This document shows positions 1 to 7,146 of a stretch of DNA of 64,000 bases, one piece after another (position 1 is the stretch's first letter; each line of letters starts with the position of its first letter). The DNA is taken from contig JACJZI010000009.1 of NCBI GenBank assembly GCA_020635655.1, positions 79,456 to 143,455 on the forward strand, read 5' to 3'. This stretch comes from Flavobacteriales bacterium (GTDB taxonomy: Bacteria; Bacteroidota; Bacteroidia; Flavobacteriales_F; PHOS-HE28). Position numbers and translations under genes: made by a program. The notes beneath the pieces were generated by a model that saw only the letters and a program-made list of their open reading frames with translations, did not search any database and was not told the origin of the DNA.

Positions 1-1
1 C

Positions 2-2038
2 GTGGGCTGCAACCTGGATGTGCGCGTAAAGGATGAAAAAGTGGTGGCCATCCGCGCACCCTACGACGCCGAGGCCAACAGCGGGCACACCTGCCTGAAG
101 GGCCGCTACGCCTTCAGCTTCTACGACCACCCCGACCGCCTGCGCACTCCGCTGATCAAGCGCGACGGGAAGTTCGAGGAGGCCACCTGGGACGAGGCCT
201 ACGACTTCATCGTGGACAAGCTCACCCAGCTGAAGAAGGACCACGGGCCGGACAGCATCGCCGGCATCAGCAGCGCGCGCACGCCCAACGAGGAGAACTA
301 CCTGATGCAGAAGTTCATGCGGGCGGTGATCGGCACCAACAACATCGACTGCTGCGCGCGCGTGTGCCACAGTCCCACCGCCCTGGGCATGCAGCGCACC
401 TACGGCACCGGCGCCGCCACCAACAGCATCGACGACCTGAAGGACACCGACACGATCATGGTGATCGGTGCCAACCCCACCGACGCACACCCGGTGACCG
501 GCGCCCGCATCAAGCAGCAGGTGATGAAGGGCAAGACGCTGATCGTGATCGATCCGCGGCGCATCGAACTGGCCCGCTATGCCAAGTACCACCTGCAGCT
601 GAAGCCCGGCACCAACGTGGCCCTGCTGAACATGATGATGCACTACATCATCGCCGAGGGCCTGGTGGACGTCGCCTTCATCGATGCGCGCACCGAGGGC
701 TGGGAGGAATTCCGCGACCAGCTGCTGGCGCTGGACATCGCCAAAATGGAACAGGTCACCGGCGTGGACCGGAATCTTGTGCGTGAAGCCGCCATCTCCT
801 ATGCGAAGAGCCCCGCGGCCATGAGCTTCCACGGACTGGGCGTCACCGAACATTCGCAGGGCACCTTCACCGTGATGCAGATCGCCGACCTGGCGATGAT
901 GACCGGCAACATCGGCCGGCGCGGCGTGGGCGTGAACCCGCTGCGCGGGCAGAACAACGTGCAGGGCGCGGCCGACATGGGCGCGCAGCCGCACCAGGGC
1001 GCCGGCTACTTGGACGTGACCAAGGAGGAGGCCAACAAACTGTACCAGGAGCACTACGGCGTGCCCGTGCCCAGCCACATCGGGTGGAAGATCCCCGAGA
1101 TGTTCAACGCCGCCATCGACGGCCGGCTGAAGGCGCTCTGGCTGATCGGCGAGGACGTTGTGCAGACGGACCCCAACACCAACAAGGTGATCAAGGCCAT
1201 GGACAGCCTGGAGCTGCTCGTGGTGCAGGAGCTCTTCATGACCGAGACGGCGAAGCATGCGGACGTTGTGCTGCCCGGCGCCAGCTTCCTGGAGAAGAGC
1301 GGCACCTTCACCAACGGCGAGCGCCGCGTGCAACGCGTGAACGCCGTGGTGGAACCGCTGGAGGGCACCAAGAGCGACGGCCAGATCATCGTGGACCTGA
1401 TGAACCGCATGGGTTTCGAACAGCCCGACTACCACCCCTCCTGGGTCCTCGAGGAGATCAGCCGCATCGTGCCCTTCTTCAAGGGCATCCGCTGGGAGAC
1501 CCTGGGTGAGAACGGCAAGCAATGGCCCGTGGCGGCGGACGGCACGGACACGCAGATCCTGCACACCGAGACCTTCAAGCGCGGCAAGGGCAAATTCTTC
1601 ATGCCGGAGTGGATCGAGAGCAAGGAGGTGGCCGCGCACGGGAAGGACTACCCCTACATCATCACCACCAACCGCGAGCTGGAGCACTACAACTGCGGTA
1701 CCATGACGCGCCGCACCCGCAACAACGACATCCTCACCGAGGACGTGCTGCTGATCCACCCGGACGATGCCGCCGCCAACGGCCTGGCCGAGGGCGATAT
1801 GGTCTGCGTGGAAAGCCCGCGTGGCAAGGTGGACATCAAGGCGCGCATCACCGACGAGGTGAAACCCGGCATCCTCTCCAGCACCTTCCATTTCCCGGAG
1901 ATCATGCTGAACATCATCACCAGTGATGTCCATGATACGGAGGCGCTCTGCCCCGAGTACAAGGTGGTGAGCTGCAGGATTAGGAAGGCCAAGAAGGGAC
2001 ATCTCCGCAGCCATGGGGAAGTGGTAAAGAAGAACTAA
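2..2038 (+). CDS. fdhA: Formate dehydrogenase alpha subunit (molybdopterin oxidoreductase), 5'-truncated by window edge
   Basis: 678-aa ORF open to the window start. It has MopB-family signatures (GHTCLKGRY, NNIDCCARVCHSPT active-site loop, C-terminal dinucleotide-binding domain). The active-site residue is Cys where FdhF has Sec. fdhD and Moco genes lie elsewhere in the window. Confidence 0.9.
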   Translation: MGCNLDVRVKDEKVVAIRAPYDAEANSGHTCLKGRYAFSFYDHPDRLRTPLIKRDGKFEEATWDEAYDFIVDKLTQLKKDHGPDSIAGISSARTPNEENYLMQKFMRAVIGTNNIDCCARVCHSPTALGMQRTYGTGAATNSIDDLKDTDTIMVIGANPTDAHPVTGARIKQQVMKGKTLIVIDPRRIELARYAKYHLQLKPGTNVALLNMMMHYIIAEGLVDVAFIDARTEGWEEFRDQLLALDIAKMEQVTGVDRNLVREAAISYAKSPAAMSFHGLGVTEHSQGTFTVMQIADLAMMTGNIGRRGVGVNPLRGQNNVQGAADMGAQPHQGAGYLDVTKEEANKLYQEHYGVPVPSHIGWKIPEMFNAAIDGRLKALWLIGEDVVQTDPNTNKVIKAMDSLELLVVQELFMTETAKHADVVLPGASFLEKSGTFTNGERRVQRVNAVVEPLEGTKSDGQIIVDLMNRMGFEQPDYHPSWVLEEISRIVPFFKGIRWETLGENGKQWPVAADGTDTQILHTETFKRGKGKFFMPEWIESKEVAAHGKDYPYIITTNRELEHYNCGTMTRRTRNNDILTEDVLLIHPDDAAANGLAEGDMVCVESPRGKVDIKARITDEVKPGILSSTFHFPEIMLNIITSDVHDTEALCPEYKVVSCRIRKAKKGHLRSHGEVVKKN

Positions 2039-2082
2039 TTGGGGCAACTACGGCAAATCATGGAGCGCTCTAGATTCGCATA

Positions 2083-2907
2083 ATGGATATTTTGTGGACA
2101 GGACCTGCGGTAAAAGCCGCATGGGACAATCGCGAAGACCTGGCAGACGGTTGGCAACGACTTCTGAACCTGCTACTTGGACGCAAAACTAGAATTGCGT
2201 TTACTGGCTTGCCCGGTGTTGGCAAGACCGTGCTTTTTGATTGCTTGACAGGCCCTGGGTTGCGTTCAACATATCAACCTCCAAAGACTGCTTCTGCTGA
2301 GGAAGATACAGGGACCATAAACGCCAAACGCAGAAGGATGGCGTTGACTGTGGTGCCTGGTCAAAGCGCTTCGACGACTCGTATGGACACCCTGGAGCAT
2401 CTCTTCGACGTAGAAAAACCCGTGGAAGGGGTAATACATGTTGTCTCCCATGGCTATATTGAGGTAAGGAACCTCGCAGCACGAGAAACGCTTGTGGCCT
2501 CGGGACTCAAGTCGATCGCGGACCTGCGTGCTCACTACCTGGCCCAGGAAATTGAAGATATCAAGGACTTGTGCCACAGAATGCGCAGATGCCATCAAGA
2601 CCAGAAACGGCGGCCGTGCTGGTTGATTGTCGCAGTAACCAAGGCTGATTTGTTTCCACACGAAATGTCCATTGTCCGTCCCTACTATTCACCTGAAAAT
2701 ACCAGCGCTTTTTCAGGAGTCTTGGACCAATTTCAAAGACAAGTTGGCGAGGACAATTTCTCATGGTCAGCGCTGCCTGTAGCTGGGCATCCACAAGACT
2801 TTGAATGGGGGGACGAAACAACAAAGTCGTCGATATCTGTCGAAGAACGGAATGCATATTTGCGTCAGTTCACGGCGGTAATTCAGAGTAAATGCTTGAC
2901 CAGATGA
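2083..2907 (+). CDS. Small GTPase-like P-loop NTPase, unassigned family (candidate defence sensor)
   Basis: 274-aa ORF. Walker A GLPGVGKT at nt 2206-2229, G3-like VVPGQ at 2350-2364, G4 TKAD in LIVAVTKADL at 2638-2649. No other domain recognised. Lies in low-GC DNA. Confidence 0.75.
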   Translation: MDILWTGPAVKAAWDNREDLADGWQRLLNLLLGRKTRIAFTGLPGVGKTVLFDCLTGPGLRSTYQPPKTASAEEDTGTINAKRRRMALTVVPGQSASTTRMDTLEHLFDVEKPVEGVIHVVSHGYIEVRNLAARETLVASGLKSIADLRAHYLAQEIEDIKDLCHRMRRCHQDQKRRPCWLIVAVTKADLFPHEMSIVRPYYSPENTSAFSGVLDQFQRQVGEDNFSWSALPVAGHPQDFEWGDETTKSSISVEERNAYLRQFTAVIQSKCLTR

Positions 2908-3359
2908 ACGACTCGAGAGAGCCATATAGCAATGCGACTGACCCGGCTTTCAAGCATTCGAAAGAAGATTTGAAAAGCCTCCTCGACCTGGCCGAGGAGA
3001 TTGAAGGGCGCCTAGAAAAGGCAACAACAAGGCTCAATCTGTCAATCGGCGGATTAGTAGTATATTCTATTGGGGGGACCGTCTTTGCCTTTTACCAAAC
3101 TCCTAGAGCTTTTCCTACCGAGTGGCATGGCCTGTTGTTCTTTTTCCTGTTCGTCATACTCATACTCATAGTTGCCTCGCCATTTCTTTTCCGCATGAAC
3201 AAGAAGCGCAAAACAGAAGCGCGTGCTTTGAATGAGGTACTAGAGGTACTTCATGAAGTCGAATCGGCAATTACGCAGAGAGATGCTTGGAGCGCTCTCG
3301 AAAGAGCTGAGTTCCGGATTCGACTTTCAAGATTTGCTGTACGCAACCGCATGAGGTAG
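2904..3359 (+). CDS. Small 2-TM membrane protein coupled to the GTPase-like gene
   Basis: The ATG at 2904 overlaps the upstream TGA (ATGA). An alternative ATG is at 2892. Two hydrophobic helices (LSIGGLVVYSIGGTVFAFY and GLLFFFLFVILILIVASPFLF) are flanked by charged helical segments. Confidence 0.7.
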   Translation: MNDSREPYSNATDPAFKHSKEDLKSLLDLAEEIEGRLEKATTRLNLSIGGLVVYSIGGTVFAFYQTPRAFPTEWHGLLFFFLFVILILIVASPFLFRMNKKRKTEARALNEVLEVLHEVESAITQRDAWSALERAEFRIRLSRFAVRNRMR

Positions 3360-3425
3360 TGTTACTCATGTATGGACATCGTACATTCCTGGTCCTTCCA
3401 TAGAATTGGAGATGCTCCTGACTGA

Positions 3426-3588
3426 CGCTATGGATTCTTTCAGGATAGCGCTTTCTACATACCGGAAATCATGCTCACCGTGGTCAGGCAACGGTGGCGA
3501 TTCACAGGCGATGTGTCCGGATTACGAGCTAGTGTCTTGTCTCATCAGGAAGGGGAGGAAGGTGATCTCACACAGGCCGGAGAGGTGA
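3426..3588 (+). pseudogene. Decayed, frameshifted copy of the fdhA 3' end
   Basis: My own translation gives GFFQDSAFYIPEIMLTVV in one frame, matching fdhA GILSSTFHFPEIMLNIIT. After a frameshift near 3480-3495 it gives DSQAMCPDYELVSCLIRKGRK, matching DTEALCPEYKVVSCRIRKAKK. Confidence 0.8.
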
Positions 3589-3736
3589 GTGTAAAGGCCT
3601 AGGTTGCCCGCCCTGAGCTTGTCGAAGGGTTTGTGTGTGCCCCCTTGCAAATACCTCGGGGTCGCGCTTTTCGCTACAATTCCTCGCCGGATTACCGACT
3701 CCGGGCTTTCCGCTTCAATCGCTCACGCGAGATGCG

Positions 3737-5443
3737 TCAAGAGTGCAAACGTTCCTCAAGCGCCTTGACCAATGCATCGATTGACCCTCTTCGTCCTTCG
3801 ATAAGACTTTCGAGCCCGGCAGCGGCGGCACAATTTGAAACAATACCCTTGACCTGCGACTCGACCGATTTCGACCACTCCTTCCCTTGATCTTTGCAGT
3901 TCAGTTTCATTCTGTCTGACCAGCTTCCTTTGCTCGTCCTCATGATTGATGGCTTGTATTCAACTCGCAAGTCAGACAATAGCCGGGCCTGATATATCTC
4001 TGGCTTGATGAAGTCCTCTAGCTCAGAGTCATTGAACCCTTTCGCGCTCGCTAGGTGATACTCAGAATGGTCCAATGTCCCTTGGTCAAGTGCCAGCTCA
4101 ATGGCCTTCCTTCCGGCCTGGTCATTATCCAAGAAAGCATGGACGCCACACAGATAGCTCTTGTGCAGGCGCACCTTATAGCCAAGGTTTGACGCTCCAA
4201 CCAAAGGATCAATCGACAGGTTACCATCAGCAAGTGCTCTACCAACGTCCTTTGACAACAAGGGAAGCCATGCCCTCAATACCTGTTCGTCCTCCTTGCC
4301 CTCGCAAACCAATATCAGACTGGCAGTTGCAAGGTTATCAGCAATACGTACCCCTAGCGCATCCCTCACCGCACTGATATGACCAGCCGGAGCAGCCTTG
4401 CCCTTCTGCACAATGATGTTCCTGCTTGGGTGGTACCGATCAACAAGTACAGGCGAGTGGGTGGTGAGGATAACCTGATGACTCTTGGCGATATCGGCTA
4501 GTACCTCTCTGAGCCGGTGAATTGCTCGAGGATGCAGATGTGATTCAGGTTCTTCGATTGCGAGAATTAAGCCCTTTGTGCCGAGTGATCGCTGACTGAC
4601 ATGCCGTAAGAGCGAAATGGCCGTAAGACTCTTGATTCCGTCCCCCTTCATCTCAAGCTCTGTTTCAGTTCCGTCATTTACCAGTACCCGCGCTGACCTA
4701 CGCAGGGCGCGGGAGATACCGCCACCCGACTTAAGGGTTACGCTCCTGACCTCGGGGATGAAGCTTGCAACCATCGTAGTGAGCTCATTGCTAAGCGACT
4801 CTAGTATTGGTCGCTGAATCTCTTCAATGCTCTTCACAAGCTCGCGATACTCCTCCTTTGCTTCAAGCTGTGCAAGTTCCCGTGCCAGTAGATCCTCGAC
4901 GACCCGTTCTGCCATATCTGAGGGCCGAAGGGCGGGTATGTATTGAATGTCTAGTCGCTCGTTGACGAATCGCGCCATCTCTTCTTTCCATTGATCTGCC
5001 TGCGGCCGCTTTGTCAGCTTCGTCTTGGCCTTTCCGGGCAGTACAATATCCAGCAGGGCATCACTTGATCCACAAGAGAGTTTGAGTTTGAGGTTCGTGG
5101 CCAACTGAATCTTGACCTTCCTATTGAAAGCCGTCAGCTCTGCAGCAGTCAGCTCAAACTCCAAGATGAATTCCGACCTGCCATCTGGATAGTCCTTCTG
5201 GGATTGTACTGGATAATCTCGCTTCCAATCGTATGTGTTCTCACCATAGGCATACCTCAGCTGGCGCTGAGCTCGGAAGTAACGTGAACGCGATAGCAAG
5301 CCCAGCGAGAGGACCATTGCTTTCAGAACATTCGACTTCCCCTCATTATTCGGCCCAACCAGCACCGCGAAGTCTCCAAGTGGGAGCTTATACGCCTTTG
5401 TGATGGAGCGATAATCGCTCACGGTGAATGTCACGAGTTTCAT
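3737..5443 (-). CDS. OLD-family nuclease (ABC-type ATPase + TOPRIM), stand-alone
   Basis: 568 aa. Walker A GPNNEGKSN near the N-terminus, Walker B/D-loop LAIEEPESHLHP, TOPRIM glutamate motif LILVCEGKEDE and DxD motif FLDNDQAG. GC about 52% in the hand-counted 4401-4500 sample. Confidence 0.85.
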   Translation of the reverse strand: MKLVTFTVSDYRSITKAYKLPLGDFAVLVGPNNEGKSNVLKAMVLSLGLLSRSRYFRAQRQLRYAYGENTYDWKRDYPVQSQKDYPDGRSEFILEFELTAAELTAFNRKVKIQLATNLKLKLSCGSSDALLDIVLPGKAKTKLTKRPQADQWKEEMARFVNERLDIQYIPALRPSDMAERVVEDLLARELAQLEAKEEYRELVKSIEEIQRPILESLSNELTTMVASFIPEVRSVTLKSGGGISRALRRSARVLVNDGTETELEMKGDGIKSLTAISLLRHVSQRSLGTKGLILAIEEPESHLHPRAIHRLREVLADIAKSHQVILTTHSPVLVDRYHPSRNIIVQKGKAAPAGHISAVRDALGVRIADNLATASLILVCEGKEDEQVLRAWLPLLSKDVGRALADGNLSIDPLVGASNLGYKVRLHKSYLCGVHAFLDNDQAGRKAIELALDQGTLDHSEYHLASAKGFNDSELEDFIKPEIYQARLLSDLRVEYKPSIMRTSKGSWSDRMKLNCKDQGKEWSKSVESQVKGIVSNCAAAAGLESLIEGRRGSIDALVKALEERLHS

Positions 5444-5491
5444 CTCAGCAGTTGTTCGGATACGTGTATGTTGAATTCAATCGCACGAATT

Positions 5492-5836
5492 CTACAACCT
5501 ATCATACTTCGTCGCCACCCCTTTCGCCTTCTCGACGGGGTACTTGGCGGCGTTCTTCCGCAGCTTCTGGCGCACGGCCGTTCCCAGATCCAGGTCCAGA
5601 TCATGGGCCAGATAGGTGAGCAGGATGGCAATATCCGCCATCTCCTCTGCCAGGGCATCGCGGTGCTCTTGGGCCAGGGCTTGCAGGTCGGCGTCCTTGG
5701 CCCATTGGGTGTGCTCCATCAGCTCGGCGGCTTCCAGGGCAATGCTCGTGCTCAGGGTCCGCAGGTTGTGGAACTGCTCCCAATCGCGCTCCTTCCGGAA
5801 GGCCAGCAGTTCATTGCGCAGTTCGTCGCTCAGCAT
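5492..5836 (-). CDS. MazG-like nucleotide pyrophosphohydrolase (DCTPP1-type, single domain)
   Basis: 114 aa. Metal-binding EAAELMEH and EEMADI motifs in a four-helix MazG-type layout. GC about 64%. Confidence 0.8.
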   Translation of the reverse strand: MLSDELRNELLAFRKERDWEQFHNLRTLSTSIALEAAELMEHTQWAKDADLQALAQEHRDALAEEMADIAILLTYLAHDLDLDLGTAVRQKLRKNAAKYPVEKAKGVATKYDRL

Positions 5837-5848
5837 GGGTCAGGGTGT

Positions 5849-6778
5849 TCATCCAACGAAACGTTCATTGTGCCAGCTCAGGAACTCGGGGTCGGGTCGC
5901 TGGCTGTCCAGTTTGGGGATCACGGCCAGCGGCTGGTCGTGCAGGCGGTAATAGGCCTTGCCGTTGTACCACTGCTCCTTGATGCGGTCGCTCACGCGTA
6001 TCCGCAGCTCGGGCGTCACGGTCACCAGCCCCGCATCGAAGAGCTTGTGAAAGTCAGAGCGCAGCAGCATGCCATTGGAGATGCGGTGCGGCCCACCGCT
6101 CGCGTACGACTTGATATGTGCCGCTTCGAGCACCGGCAAGGTGGATTCACCGGTAATGGCACAACGCTTCTGGTACGCCTCGCCCACCAGGATCTGGAAA
6201 GACCCCTGGCCCAGGCGGGCTCTGGTCAGGAAGAGCTCGCCGTAACGCGGTCCGCCATATTCCGCGGCCGGCTCCGCCACCAGATCTTGGACGGCCTTGT
6301 TCTGCAATCGTTCCTGCACCGCATTCCAAAGCCACGCGCCTTCGCTGGTCTCCGTATCGTAGGTCTGTCCCTTCACAATGTTCGGCGCCCAGTTGGGAAG
6401 TTGTATCCAGTTCATGCGCTCGAAGAAGAACGGCTGCACCAGCACGCTGCACCCGATCTCCAACACCTCACGCGGCCCGGAGGACAACCGGCGGATGCGC
6501 TTCTCCACTTCCAGGTATGTGGCCGCCCCGTTCTTCTCGCCGAATGCTTCCCACGCCATGTTCAGCGGCAGCTTCGAGAAGTTCACGAAGTAGCCGCCGC
6601 CTGCAATGCAATTGTGCGGAGCCTTCAGCTTGAAAAGAAAGGGCGTTCCAGCGGGCAGCGTCGTGAAGGGTGCTTTGCCGCTCGGCTGCCAGAAGTTCAC
6701 CTCATCGAAGTCCCGCTCCGAAAGGAAGGTGTACCAATCAAAGTCCGTGACGCCGGCCCAGAACTTCATGCATACCAA
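5849..6778 (-). CDS. HNH_2-type endonuclease with unassigned N-terminal domain (putative restriction-like enzyme)
   Basis: 309 aa. The C-terminal CAITGESTLPVLEAAHIKSY...NGMLLRSDFHKLFDAGLVTV matches the HNH_2 (PF13391-type) signature. The N-terminal ~190 aa are not recognised. An alternative start is at 6769. Confidence 0.75.
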   Translation of the reverse strand: MVCMKFWAGVTDFDWYTFLSERDFDEVNFWQPSGKAPFTTLPAGTPFLFKLKAPHNCIAGGGYFVNFSKLPLNMAWEAFGEKNGAATYLEVEKRIRRLSSGPREVLEIGCSVLVQPFFFERMNWIQLPNWAPNIVKGQTYDTETSEGAWLWNAVQERLQNKAVQDLVAEPAAEYGGPRYGELFLTRARLGQGSFQILVGEAYQKRCAITGESTLPVLEAAHIKSYASGGPHRISNGMLLRSDFHKLFDAGLVTVTPELRIRVSDRIKEQWYNGKAYYRLHDQPLAVIPKLDSQRPDPEFLSWHNERFVG

Positions 6779-6813
6779 AGGAAGGGATCACCGCCCTTCC
6801 ATTTCCGGTAAAT

Positions 6814-7146
6814 CTACCCCAACCCATTCTCCCTGGCCCACAGCACCAGGGCCACCTGGCCGCGGATGCCGTAGCGCTCGAAGATGCGCGTGCGCCACCT
6901 GCTGAGGGTGCCGGGGCATACGTGCATGCGGTCGCAGATCTCCTTGCCGGTGAGGCCCACATCCCGCGCACGGTCTCCGCCTCGGGACCCCGCGCCAAGG
7001 AGCAGCACCCCAGGGTCCACTTCGTGTGAACCTGCGGGAAAGCCAGGGTGCGCAGCCAGGAAAAGCGCGTACCTTCCCTTATGCGTCCGATCTATCTTGC
7101 TTGTCTCGCGATCTGCCAAACGCCCTACATCCCGATCATCGGGCAA
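6814..7146 (-). pseudogene. LuxR/GerE-type HTH C-terminal fragment (possible gene remnant or small regulator)
   Basis: The C-terminal GLTGKEICDRMHVCPGTLSRWRTRIFERYGIRGQVALVLWARENG fits the GerE HTH pattern. No receiver or sensor domain is present. The upstream part overlaps the divergent T9SS gene and contains a 40-nt repeat. Confidence 0.3.
6961..7000. repeat. 40-nt repeat, copy 1 (atcccgcgcacggtctccgcctcgggaccccgcgccaagg)
   Basis: 37/40 identity with 8672-8711 in direct orientation. Contains the imperfect palindrome ggtctccgcctcgggacc. Confidence 0.8.

Noticed and set aside
3590-3736. 85-aa ORF 3633..3890 and the ccctgagcttgtcgaaggg-type segment after the fdhA scar
   Set aside because: The ORF overlaps the OLD gene 3' end in antisense and has junk-like composition. 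The segment resembles generic intergenic repeat or hairpin debris. I cannot assign a function or a confident terminator.
3737-5443. Calling the OLD nuclease a Gabija system
   Set aside because: No UvrD-like GajB gene or remnant is adjacent on either side. The Gabija label is unsupported from the sequence alone.
5468-6811. 447-aa plus-strand ORF across the MazG/HNH region
   Set aside because: It is antisense to two ORFs with clear catalytic motifs, and its own translation is low-complexity.
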